DNA from: Myxococcota bacterium
GTDB taxonomy: Bacteria; Myxococcota_A; UBA9160; UBA4427
DNA: 64,000 nucleotides
Direction: 5' to 3'
NCBI GenBank assembly: GCA_965250285.1
Contig: OZ252299.1
Location: forward strand, 2,528,001 to 2,592,000
Position numbers and translations under genes: made by a program. The first letter of the stretch is position 1, and every line of letters begins with the position of its first letter. The notes below the pieces were generated by a model. It had not been told where the DNA came from and ran no database searches. It worked only from the letters and a program-made list of their open reading frames with translations. Shown in pieces: positions 8,802 to 17,886 of this stretch.

Positions 8802-10595
8802 GTGCTGTCGATCAAGAAGCTCAAGACGGGCTGCGAGCACTACTACGTTGGCCTGCAGGTCGAGGACTACTACCTCAAGGGAGGCGAACCGCCTGGCACT
8901 CTTGTGGGCATCTACGCGGGTCCCGTCACTCGGCCGCTCCTTCGAAGCCTGCTACTCGGCTTCGACCCCGAAACTGGTGATGGCCTGGTACAGAACGCCG
9001 GCAGCAAGGGTCGCATCCCGGGGTACGACCTCACGGTGTCTGCCCCAAAGTCAGTCTCTGTCGCCGCGGCCTTGGCGCCCCCCGAACTTCGCGATCAGAT
9101 CCGGGAAGCACATTCGCAATCCGTCGTACACATGCTCGGTGTTGCCGAAGCGATCGCAGGACGGTCTCGAATGGGGAAGGCTGGCCGGCGTGTGGTACCA
9201 GCGCGGCTCACGTTCGCGATATTCGAGCACGGGACCGCCCGGCGCGTCGACAACCACCTCCCAGATCCTCAACTCCACACTCATTGCGTGGCACCAAACG
9301 TGGCGCTCCGCCCGGATGGCTCCACCGGCGCGTTCGTATCGAAGTGCTTCTACGAACACCAGCTTCTTCTCACGTCGATCTACCGCTATCAGCTGGCGCA
9401 GCGACTTGGGAAGCTTGGCTTCGATGTCCTGCCGCTCGACAAGCAGCGCGGATTCCGACTCACCTGTATTCCAATCGAGCTCGAGCGTCAGTTCTCTAAG
9501 AGGCGCAAGGAGATCAAGCGAGAGCTCGCTCGACAGGGAGTCTCTGGTCCGGCTGCATCCGAAAAAGCGGCTCTCGCCACGCGGCTTTCGAAAGTCAAGC
9601 CACCGCCTCGAATCGAGCTGCTCGCGAACTGGAAGGCCCAAGCCGACGCGCTGGGCCATGAGATTCATTGGCCTGGTTCTGAACCCGAAGACACGCAGCC
9701 TCGCCGTGACCAACCCACCCCGAACCAGCGGAGGCTCATCAGCGCAATGATTAAGCGCGAAGCGAACCTCCTCTCCGAGTACAAGCCGCACTTCGATCGC
9801 GAAGAGCTGCTCTGTCGAGCCTACGACAAGGCCATCGGCGATCCGATGTCGACTACCGACGTAGCGTGGGCAGTCAATAGCTTCCTGAATGGACCCGCAG
9901 TCGTCCGGATCACGGACGAGAATGGCAGAGAGTTCTACCGGACCTCGGCTGCTCAAAAGAGCCGCAGACAGCTACGAGAAGTCCTGCAACGAGAAGCAGG
10001 AGACCGCGCCGGCCGAGTGCTCTGCCTGCGGTCTGACTCGACCCGCTGGGCCGCGTCGTATGAAATCGCCCGATCTCTCCGCCGTGAGGGGACACACGTC
10101 GTTCTTGTCACCAGGTCCAAGCGCGGCGCCGAAGCCCTCGCGCGCGAGTCGCGGCGAGAACGGGACGACGAGACGAAGGTCCGAGGCTCGGAGGTCGAGG
10201 CCACGACCCTCTCCAAGTTCCAATCGAACCTTGATCGCGGCCACTTTCACAGAGGGCCCCTTCCTCCGGCGTGGCTGCGAGATGCAGCCCGAGCGCTGGG
10301 CGCCATCACAGAGCGCGCGAATCGCTACCTGGCATGGTCTTCCGATCGCCGCCCTCTCGAGATCGGGCGCAGGAGCGTCGTCCTCGTAGATGAAGCTCAC
10401 AAGCTCACTGCGAGCGAGATCAGCGCCCTGATCGATGCGACGCACCGACACGGCGCACGTGTCGTCTTCCTCGGTAGGGAGCAGGGCGTCTACGGCGACG
10501 TCGCCCTCCCCCGGCTCCGCCCGCGGCCGGAGCAAGAACTTCCGCGAGCGCTTGCAGACAGCTTGAAGCGCGAGCCTGAGCCGGAGGTCTCGTAG
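8802..10595 (+). CDS. MOB-F (TrwC/TraI-like) relaxase with degenerate helicase remnant
   Basis: MLSI N-terminus, HYY...DYY, DLTVSAPKSVS, FEH..R, DPQLHTH, FSKR; late VLVDEA. Confidence 0.92.
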   Translation: MLSIKKLKTGCEHYYVGLQVEDYYLKGGEPPGTLVGIYAGPVTRPLLRSLLLGFDPETGDGLVQNAGSKGRIPGYDLTVSAPKSVSVAAALAPPELRDQIREAHSQSVVHMLGVAEAIAGRSRMGKAGRRVVPARLTFAIFEHGTARRVDNHLPDPQLHTHCVAPNVALRPDGSTGAFVSKCFYEHQLLLTSIYRYQLAQRLGKLGFDVLPLDKQRGFRLTCIPIELERQFSKRRKEIKRELARQGVSGPAASEKAALATRLSKVKPPPRIELLANWKAQADALGHEIHWPGSEPEDTQPRRDQPTPNQRRLISAMIKREANLLSEYKPHFDREELLCRAYDKAIGDPMSTTDVAWAVNSFLNGPAVVRITDENGREFYRTSAAQKSRRQLREVLQREAGDRAGRVLCLRSDSTRWAASYEIARSLRREGTHVVLVTRSKRGAEALARESRRERDDETKVRGSEVEATTLSKFQSNLDRGHFHRGPLPPAWLRDAARALGAITERANRYLAWSSDRRPLEIGRRSVVLVDEAHKLTASEISALIDATHRHGARVVFLGREQGVYGDVALPRLRPRPEQELPRALADSLKREPEPEVS

Positions 10596-10597
10596 CG

Positions 10598-12511
10598 ATG
10601 CGCAAGCTGCGAATCACGCTCGGTGTCGCCACCGGGGTCATGGCTGCAGTCGCCATTGGCGCCTTTCTGTTCCTGCTCTACGCGGAGTCTCCAACAGGCC
10701 AGGAACGCGACCTCGCGCGCCAGCTGGCCCAGGGCGCGGCCATCGCGTCCCTCGCCACAGGACTCCTGCTCGAGATCGTCCTCCCCCGGACTCCTCCGCA
10801 GAGTCCGTCGCTCTACGGGCGACACTGGATTGGCGGCGCTTCCGATCGCCTGGCTGCAGACGATTGGCGAGACCGTCTCAGGGCGGTTCGGAGCCGCGAC
10901 CGCAACTATCCCGTTCACGTCGGACCTGTTTGGGTGCCCGATTCGGTCGGACGCTTCGGCATCTTGCTTCTCGGCTCACAGGGTTCAGGCAAGACCCTGA
11001 GCCTGCGCCTCCTGATCCAACACCTGGTCCACACCCTCGTGTCCGGTGGCCTCGTCGCTCGAATCGTCATCAGCGACCCCAAGTCACGGACAAGCGACTA
11101 CAACCTCCTCAACTCCACGGTCGAGATGGTGGAGCGCTACACGGCCGCAGTCGCCGAGCCCCGTCCGTGCCCCATCTACGTTCTGAGCCCGTTCGACTCG
11201 CGCTGTTCCAACCCGGTTCTTTCGGACCTCGTCCAGCAGCAAAAGCACGCCCAGGCTCTCGCCGAGTCCTGGATTCGCGGAGTGCCGGCTGGGGGAGACG
11301 GCATCTACTGGCGAAACGCTGCACGCCTCGTCCTCGCTGCGGTGATGTTCGCGTTCGCGAAGCTCTCGGACGAAGATGAGTTCTGGGACTTCAGGGACGT
11401 ACTCCTCGCGATTCGCAGCCCCGAAGTCTTGACGCATATCTTGGATCAGCTTGCCGAGACCCGAGGCCTCGCGCAGGTCTTCCTCCATCTCTCCGAGCGA
11501 CAGGCCGCGTACGTATGCGGAACTCTCATTGCGTACCTGCGCGAATTCGAGCCGCTGGCGGCCGGCTGGCACCAAGCAGTCGGATGGGAGCATGCCCCGA
11601 AGCGAGTGGAGCTTCGGGCTTGGGCAGAGGGAAGAACTCCCGGAATCGTCTACCTGGGTGGCGACGACGACAACGAAGAGCTGCTCGGCAGAATGTGGAG
11701 TGGTCTGGTTCAGCGAATGCTCAGCCTGAACATGCAGCACCCACGAGGCGAGACCTGGTACGTGCTCGACGAGGCAGGGACTCTCGAGAGCGGAAACAAG
11801 CGCGACGAACCCTCGATTCTGTCGACTCCTCTATCGCAGGCGCGCCAGAAAGGCATTCGGTTCGCGCTTGCCTACCAGTCGTTCCTGCAGCTGAAGGTGA
11901 ACTACGGAGAGGACCAGGCGCACCAGCTGTCCAGCCACCTCGAGAACATCGTCGTGTTCAAGCAGAGTGGAACGGCGGCTGCCGAAGCTGCGAGCAAGCT
12001 CCTCGGCGAGATGGAGATCCTCCACGAGGTTGAGAACGAGTCCGAGCAGTGGGGGCCCGGCGATATCGGCTTGCAGCGCACCGGCACCGGGACCAGTACG
12101 AGCCGAACGCACGCACTCACCAGGATCTTCCAGCCTGGAGAACTGCAGGATCTCCCAAGGTGCTCGTTCGAAGGTGGAATGACTGCAGTCGTTTCGATGC
12201 CCGAGGTCGGCCGATTCCGCGCCCGGTTGAACGGGCGAAAACTTCGCGAACGACTTCTCCCGCATAGCTCGCACTGCGAGACCTACGAGGACTGGCCGAA
12301 TCCCCTTGAGCTCAAGCCGTGGGATGCCAACGACTACTTGCGGCTTGGTATTCCACAGCCGCCGCACCTGGACCCCGCCGAAGTACCGACAACGCTCGAT
12401 CCTTCGGAGCGCAAGTCGTTCGACGAACTAGTTCGCGAATACGCACCGGAGGCCTACCAGTACCTGGCCGACCACGATGAGTTCGAAGATCAAGACGGAG
12501 AAAACCAATGA
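10598..12511 (+). CDS. Type IV coupling protein (TrwB/TraD-like)
   Basis: Two N-terminal TM helices, Walker A GSQGSGKT, DPK, Walker B VLDEAG, YQSFLQL..YG. Confidence 0.9.
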   Translation: MRKLRITLGVATGVMAAVAIGAFLFLLYAESPTGQERDLARQLAQGAAIASLATGLLLEIVLPRTPPQSPSLYGRHWIGGASDRLAADDWRDRLRAVRSRDRNYPVHVGPVWVPDSVGRFGILLLGSQGSGKTLSLRLLIQHLVHTLVSGGLVARIVISDPKSRTSDYNLLNSTVEMVERYTAAVAEPRPCPIYVLSPFDSRCSNPVLSDLVQQQKHAQALAESWIRGVPAGGDGIYWRNAARLVLAAVMFAFAKLSDEDEFWDFRDVLLAIRSPEVLTHILDQLAETRGLAQVFLHLSERQAAYVCGTLIAYLREFEPLAAGWHQAVGWEHAPKRVELRAWAEGRTPGIVYLGGDDDNEELLGRMWSGLVQRMLSLNMQHPRGETWYVLDEAGTLESGNKRDEPSILSTPLSQARQKGIRFALAYQSFLQLKVNYGEDQAHQLSSHLENIVVFKQSGTAAAEAASKLLGEMEILHEVENESEQWGPGDIGLQRTGTGTSTSRTHALTRIFQPGELQDLPRCSFEGGMTAVVSMPEVGRFRARLNGRKLRERLLPHSSHCETYEDWPNPLELKPWDANDYLRLGIPQPPHLDPAEVPTTLDPSERKSFDELVREYAPEAYQYLADHDEFEDQDGENQ

Positions 12512-12843
12512 AGGAAACACCCACGTACGAAGAGCTGGTCGACGACTACTCCTACACGGAGCTCGTCAAGCTGAAGAGCGATCTCGAGGCAGCACTCGAG
12601 ACCGTCAAGAAGAAGACAGCGGAGAGGCTCCGCGAGGAATACCGCCAGGCAGCTGAGGAGAGCGGCCTGACCCTGGCCGAAGTCCTCGCGAAGCCGAAAA
12701 AGACAAAGTCGGCCGCGACCGTCCAGTACCGAGATCCAGAGGACGCCGCCAATACCTGGAGCGGGCGCGGGCGCAAACCCAAGTGGGTCGAGGACTGCCT
12801 CGAACGCGGACTCACGCTCGACGACCTCTCGGTGACCAAGTGA
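12508..12843 (+). CDS. hns: H-NS family nucleoid protein
   Basis: YRDP..TWSGRGRKPKW motif, N-terminal coiled coil. Confidence 0.9.
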   Translation: MKETPTYEELVDDYSYTELVKLKSDLEAALETVKKKTAERLREEYRQAAEESGLTLAEVLAKPKKTKSAATVQYRDPEDAANTWSGRGRKPKWVEDCLERGLTLDDLSVTK

Positions 12844-12854
12844 AGGAGTAAGCC

Positions 12855-14126
12855 ATGTCTACTCACGAGAATGCAGTTGGCAGTGTCGCGATTCGCCACG
12901 AGCCGGCAGATGTTCCGAGGCTCATCGTCGGATCTGCACTCGCCAGAAGAGCCCAGCAAATCATCCATCGCCGCGAACAGCGCGAACGCGCCGTTCACGC
13001 CCGGGTCCACGCACGACTGGCGAAGCTGCCGGAGCCGGAGAGCTGGAACGAGCTTGCTGGGGTCTGGCGCTCTGGAATTCGCGCTTCGTTTCACGAGATG
13101 CGCGAGGACATTGCACCTTCCGCACGTACAGCCGCCGAGTCAGTTCGGGCCGCTGACAGCCATCTTCGAATGCATGGCTACGCGGCTGAACCAGCGACAA
13201 CCCAACGGGGCCGAGCCTTCAAGCGCTTCGCGCTGATCGCAGTGCTCGATTTCTTTCTTACGCTCTTCCTGTTCCGGGACCATGCACCAGACCTCCTGAC
13301 GGCCTTCGGCAGTTCTCTCCTCTTCGTTGTGGTGGCCGCTGTCCTCCCCGGAATTCTTGGCATCCTGGATGCTCATGCTCGGGTGGGCGCCAGGAATGGG
13401 TTGAGCAAGGCTGCTGTTCGAGCGGGTTGGGTAGCAGCGGTTCTCGCGGGCCAGGTCGTCGTCCTCTGGTTCCGCGGGGCGGGTCTTGCGGAGGTTGCCC
13501 CAGAGCAGCTTCTGTTCCTTGACCCGCCCGTTGATCTGGCGTCGCTCGGGGCTCTTCTGGTCGGGCTGGCCTGCGGCGCCTACAGCTTCCTCGAGGGCTG
13601 GCAGACGGTCGGGGTTGACCCGGAATGGGCTCGCCTCAAGGCCGCGAGGGAGCAAGCGGTTCGCCAGCACGAGCGGGTCTTCGCTGGTCAGCTTGCTCAA
13701 CGTTCGGAGGAGGCCCGCCAGCTTCTCAGTGAGTACGCCGACTTCCGCGCTGATCATGAGAGATACGGCCGAAAGGTCGATGCGCAGGTCGCCAGCCTAG
13801 AGAACGCCGTTGGCACGACGAACGCCCTGGTCGAACGGCAGCAGAGGTCTCTGTTGACCCGACTGCTCGAGTACCCGGCCGGCTTTCAAAATGCCGCAGC
13901 GCGGCCTGCCGGGGTGGCTCCCGAGCTCGTTCCGATTGGCGTCACCAGGGCGCTGAGCGAGATGAGGTCAAGGACGGAGGCGCGCCTAGCCAGCGCCGAC
14001 GCTGCTCGCCTGTCGCGCGAACAGCTCGACGCGCTCCTCGCAGGTGCTGAGCGCGATGTGAGGGCGGCGATCGAGGCGTTTGCAGGGCTGAAGGACCGAG
14101 TTACCGCCCAAGAAAGGAGTCGGTGA
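12855..14126 (+). CDS. Membrane protein (~4 TM) with long coiled coils
   Basis: AAGGAG RBS; hydrophobic core flanked by charged helices. Confidence 0.75.
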   Translation: MSTHENAVGSVAIRHEPADVPRLIVGSALARRAQQIIHRREQRERAVHARVHARLAKLPEPESWNELAGVWRSGIRASFHEMREDIAPSARTAAESVRAADSHLRMHGYAAEPATTQRGRAFKRFALIAVLDFFLTLFLFRDHAPDLLTAFGSSLLFVVVAAVLPGILGILDAHARVGARNGLSKAAVRAGWVAAVLAGQVVVLWFRGAGLAEVAPEQLLFLDPPVDLASLGALLVGLACGAYSFLEGWQTVGVDPEWARLKAAREQAVRQHERVFAGQLAQRSEEARQLLSEYADFRADHERYGRKVDAQVASLENAVGTTNALVERQQRSLLTRLLEYPAGFQNAAARPAGVAPELVPIGVTRALSEMRSRTEARLASADAARLSREQLDALLAGAERDVRAAIEAFAGLKDRVTAQERSR

Positions 14127-14890
14127 TGCGCTTCCAACTTCTCGGGAAGAGGCTTCGCAAGACGGTCAGACGACTTGCGGCGGCCGCAACGAACGACGCC
14201 GAAGGGGCCGCAGCGTCGATCGGAATCGGTCTGGTCATTGTTCTCGGAACGGTTCTGCTGCTCGCCGGACGCACGTCCGGTGTAGATGAGCGCGGTTGTC
14301 CGCCCGAAGTCCCGACCACCATCTCGGTCTTGGTCGATGCGACGGACCAGCTGCCCGAACACCGAGCGATCGGTCAGTGGCTTCGGTCTCGGTTCGCCTC
14401 TGCGCCTGCGGGAGCACGAATCCGGATTGCACCGCTGAATGGCGTGGGACCCGCAGCGTTTCGCCCGGTCTTTGATCGCTGCCTGCCGGGAGAATCCCGA
14501 ACGACGAATTCGAGAGTGGCCGAGCGAGAACGGGAACGAGTAATCGAATCAGCCTGGGCAGCAGTCGAAGATGTACTCCGACAAGCGGGCTCACTTTCGG
14601 AATCGAGGATTCTCGAGTCCGCCATACGCGCTGCGCGGGAGACTCCGGCTGGCGAGGTACTCGTCGTCACCGATGGATTGGAGAACAGCAGCTTGTACCG
14701 CTCGTACGGTTCGAACTCGGGAAAGGAGCTCCCGGAAGAACCACTCGTTGACGAGCTTCGACCTGTATCCCTGAGAATCGTCGTCGTCGTCCGAAACGGA
14801 CCGCTGATGGCGAGGCAGGAGCGGGCGATTCGGGAGTTCTGGTCTCCGGCGGTCTCATCTTTGCCCAGAGCCTCTATCGAGAGACTGTAG
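14123..14890 (+). CDS. Membrane-anchored vWA-like protein
   Basis: TM helix, VLVDATD and VVTDGLENS resembling MIDAS elements; overlaps upstream stop. Confidence 0.6.
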   Translation: MMRFQLLGKRLRKTVRRLAAAATNDAEGAAASIGIGLVIVLGTVLLLAGRTSGVDERGCPPEVPTTISVLVDATDQLPEHRAIGQWLRSRFASAPAGARIRIAPLNGVGPAAFRPVFDRCLPGESRTTNSRVAERERERVIESAWAAVEDVLRQAGSLSESRILESAIRAARETPAGEVLVVTDGLENSSLYRSYGSNSGKELPEEPLVDELRPVSLRIVVVVRNGPLMARQERAIREFWSPAVSSLPRASIERL

Positions 14891-14938
14891 AACCGACCCC
14901 TGCCGGAGATTCCTTGTCCGGCGCGAAAGGACCAAACG

Positions 14939-15265
14939 ATGGGAACGAACACCCCTGACGAGGCGTACGAACTCGCAGAGAGCGTCCAAGCCCACCTCGA
15001 CAAGCTCTATGGGAACCAGTGGATGATCCGAGTAGAGGTCCATCCGACTGAGTCTGACGGAGGAGATTGGCTGCTCAGCATCGGAGCACGGAGCCGACAC
15101 GACCCGGCGCGCGAGGCTGTTTCGTTCGACGTCGCGAAGGTTCGGCAGACTGCCTTCGGCGTTGAACTCTTGCACGCCGTCATCGAGCAGGAGCTCTATG
15201 TCCACACCCGAGAGCTCCAACTCGAGCGGGAGCAGACCGGACCGGAGATCGAGTTTGGGCACTAG
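14939..15265 (+). CDS. Hypothetical protein
   Basis: AAGGA RBS, 108-aa ORF. Confidence 0.5.
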   Translation: MGTNTPDEAYELAESVQAHLDKLYGNQWMIRVEVHPTESDGGDWLLSIGARSRHDPAREAVSFDVAKVRQTAFGVELLHAVIEQELYVHTRELQLEREQTGPEIEFGH

Positions 15266-15573
15266 TCGCGCGCGGCACCCAGGATTTCGAGGGCTCTCGC
15301 GACGGCGTCTTCTCCGGGCGGCATAGGACCGCTGCCATCGATGTCGCGGGCAATCAGGAAGAGCAAGCCGCGCTCCAGCTTGGAAACGCGCTCTGAGAGT
15401 GCCCGCATCCGTGGGCCCGCATCCCCCGCATTTCGCTTCGAGTGACTCCGGAGAATCCGAACGATCAACTCGGACAAGGTGAGGTCCGAACGTTCGCGTT
15501 CGTCTTCGAGCTCGTGATACAGCCCAAGCGGCAGCCGCACCGAAACCGCCCTTGAGCGACGCTTAGCTGTCAT
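15262..15573 (-). CDS. RHH relaxosome accessory-like protein (TrwA/TraY/CopG-like)
   Basis: VSVRLPLGLYHELE...LSELIVRIL; transcribed away from adjacent oriT; alternative start 15588. Confidence 0.7.
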   Translation of the reverse strand: MTAKRRSRAVSVRLPLGLYHELEDERERSDLTLSELIVRILRSHSKRNAGDAGPRMRALSERVSKLERGLLFLIARDIDGSGPMPPGEDAVARALEILGAARD

Positions 15574-15705
15574 ACGCTTTTCCTTCACAAATTCAAATAG
15601 TTACGACGACACGATAGCAACACAGAATCACTGCTGTCATACAGAAACTCTTCACAAAATCAGCACCTTACGAGCGCACCGCCAGGTGCATGGGGTGTGT
15701 CGAGT
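15566..15705 (+). other. oriT (MOB-F type)
   Basis: GCACC-gcca-GGTGC hairpin then ATGGGGTGT|G; IHF-like AATCAGCACCTTA; GCTGTCATAC twice. Confidence 0.75.
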
Positions 15706-15716
15706 GAAACGAGACG

Positions 15717-16066
15717 GGGGATAGGGACCGGGCGCCCGCGCCCGGAAAGGGGCGCGCCCCTTTCGGCCCGCAGGGCCGGCCCAGGAATCAGCGGCAAGTC
15801 GTGGCGCAGCTTTCCACGGCCGCGAGGAAGCGAAGGGACCTCGAAGTCCCGCAGCGACCGAACCGGTTGTGGAAAGGTGCGCCGCGGCGATTCCGCTCCT
15901 GGGGATAGGGACCGGCCGCGTGAGCGGCTGGAAAGGGGCGAAGCCCCTTTCGGCGCTAGCCGTCCGCGAGTTTTCCACAGGGCCTACCGTTCGGGGGGCT
16001 AAGGACTGGGAAAGGGACCGGGCGCTTGCGCCCGGAAGGGCGCGTGCCCCTTTCGGCGATAGCCGT
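15717..16066 (+). repeat. Three double-hairpin repeats and a long stem-loop (candidate single-strand origin)
   Basis: GGGAwAGGGACCGG-stem-GAAAGGGGC-loop-GCCCCTTTCGGC units at 15717, 15901, 16008; long stem 15800-15886. Confidence 0.8.
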
Positions 16067-16117
16067 AGAGGCGCCTGTTCTATGGAGTCGCGCGCCGACG
16101 GACGCCCGTGCGAGGAC

Positions 16118-16519
16118 TCATTCGAGGTATTGGCGGATGAGGGCAGGCTCCTCGAGCAGGTCGAGCAGCCCTTGCCGATAGAGCTGCCCGGTCCACCTGC
16201 CGTCCCTCACGTCATTGCTCCGATATGCCCGCCACTTCTCCTCCGAGAGGCCAGATGGCTTCTCTCTTATCGAGCTGGCATGGAATCTCCACCGCCCTGT
16301 CTCGCCCTTCACATAGATGAAAGTCGCGCAGTATTCGTCGCGAAAAGCCTTTCCCTCTACGTGGAGTTCCAGCTGCTCCTCTCCACGCCAAAGCGTCTCA
16401 ACCAACCAACCAGCCGCTTCGGCCCGCTCGATAATCTCCCGATACCCCTTCGGCGCCTCCACACCTTCCTCCTCCTGGCCAGTCTTTGAGGTTACGAAAC
16501 CTTCGGAGTTCGTATCCAC
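16118..16519 (-). CDS. Hypothetical protein
   Basis: 133-aa protein-like ORF. Confidence 0.55.
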   Translation of the reverse strand: MDTNSEGFVTSKTGQEEEGVEAPKGYREIIERAEAAGWLVETLWRGEEQLELHVEGKAFRDEYCATFIYVKGETGRWRFHASSIREKPSGLSEEKWRAYRSNDVRDGRWTGQLYRQGLLDLLEEPALIRQYLE

Positions 16520-16611
16520 CGCCGCCTATCGCCACGGAGACACCTCGAGACGATGTTTGATTAAGAATCGATTTCGTGGCTTGATGGGGTGTGAGTGACC
16601 CAATTGGCGCC

Positions 16612-16653
16612 GACATCCGCCCCCGAGCCCGCCGGGTCTCGGGGGCGGATGTC
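16612..16653. repeat. Perfect 16-bp inverted repeat
   Basis: GACATCCGCCCCCGAG / CTCGGGGGCGGATGTC. Confidence 0.9.
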
Positions 16654-16704
16654 AGGAGCGAGATGGTCTCTCTCCTGGGCCTCTAGCCCGAATGGGAGAG
16701 AGCC

Positions 16705-16980
16705 ATGTCAGGTTATTCCGAAGCACGCGGTCAGCGGCCGACTCACGCGATTCGAGTCGGTGCAGTCGAGGCCGCCATTTGGCGCAACGAGCGGAAGGAC
16801 GGAAGCCCCTTCTACTCCGTCACGTTCAAGCGAAGTTACTTGGACGAAGGGCGTGGGTGGCAGGAATCCGTCTCTTTCGCAGAGCGCGAGTGCCTCGTAC
16901 TCGCGCGCGTTGCGCTGGAGGCGCAGTCCTGGATTCGCACACAAGCGCGAGAGGCTGAGCAGGCCGCTGGGTCCGCGTGA
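16705..16980 (+). CDS. Small beta-rich protein, putative ssDNA-binding (paralog 1)
   Basis: RVGAVEAAIWRNE..FYSVTFKRSY...W.ES.SF; GGAG RBS. Confidence 0.7.
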   Translation: MSGYSEARGQRPTHAIRVGAVEAAIWRNERKDGSPFYSVTFKRSYLDEGRGWQESVSFAERECLVLARVALEAQSWIRTQAREAEQAAGSA

Positions 16981-17089
16981 TTCGAGTCCGCATCGGGACG
17001 CGACCTCGGGAGAAGTGTTCTCCCGAGGCGCTCCCGAAAAAGGTTGCGCCACTTGGGTCGACTCACGCCATAACACTGATGGAGTAACG

Positions 17090-17353
17090 ATGAGCAACAA
17101 CCCACCAATAAAGAAGTATCGCCATGGGAGAGTCTCGTGCGCGATTTGGCAGAACGAACACGAAGGCGAACCGTTCTTCACTTGCAGCCTCACCGGAAGC
17201 TACAAGGACAAGACGACAGGCGAATGGAGAGATAGCCACACCTTTAGCCTCTACGACCTCTTTGCCGTTCTTCGCTGCGTGTGCGACGCGGCCGCTTTCC
17301 TGACGCTTTCGCCGTCGGACCCGATGGAACCGAACTTGGGGGTCGAACAATGA
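17090..17353 (+). CDS. Small beta-rich protein, putative ssDNA-binding (paralog 2)
   Basis: RHGRVSCAIWQNE..FFTCSLTGSY...WRDS.TF; aligns with paralog 1. Confidence 0.7.
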   Translation: MSNNPPIKKYRHGRVSCAIWQNEHEGEPFFTCSLTGSYKDKTTGEWRDSHTFSLYDLFAVLRCVCDAAAFLTLSPSDPMEPNLGVEQ

Positions 17354-17886
17354 GCGGCCGCACAGTTCCAAGACGCCCGTTTCCTTTTCAGGACGACACT
17401 CCGTCGCTCACCGACCTATTCCCGCCAGCGTGTGGGAGGGCAATCGCGAATGCGTTTCGACGAATGGAAGTAGCCGAGGAAGAAATCCGCGCGGCGGTCG
17501 CGAGATATCCCAACAAGGCCGCCGAAATCGATGGGGCCTTTCCGTATCTCTGCCCCACCGCGGTCCTCAAGGAACTCGGTGACGAAGTCTTCCGAGCTCA
17601 CTGTCGCGAGATGCTGGAACGAGCTGCGCAGGGCCACGATATGGACCGTGGTACGACCGCCGAAGTTCTTGCGGTCCTCTCTCGCGGCTCGGAGGTCGCG
17701 CATCTGAGCCGAATCGGAACGCTCCTCTATCGCGAGCTGTTCTGGCGGCTATTCCCAGAAGAGGCCGCGGTCCTCGAAACCTCCCAGGGCGGGCCGAAAC
17801 CGGATGAGTATGAGTTGGAGTGCATGGCCGACCTGGAGGAGGAACTTCGGCGCCGAGTTGCCGCCGACCGGGACCCAGTCGAGTAA
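17350..17886 (+). CDS. Hypothetical protein
   Basis: ATGA overlap upstream and TAATG overlap with radC. Confidence 0.7.
   Translation: MSGRTVPRRPFPFQDDTPSLTDLFPPACGRAIANAFRRMEVAEEEIRAAVARYPNKAAEIDGAFPYLCPTAVLKELGDEVFRAHCREMLERAAQGHDMDRGTTAEVLAVLSRGSEVAHLSRIGTLLYRELFWRLFPEEAAVLETSQGGPKPDEYELECMADLEEELRRRVAADRDPVE

Noticed and set aside
8802..14890. Self-transmissible ICE
   Set aside because: No VirB4-like ATPase or mating-pair genes recognised.
15717..16066. CRISPR array
   Set aside because: Three long imperfect units with irregular spacing and no cas genes.
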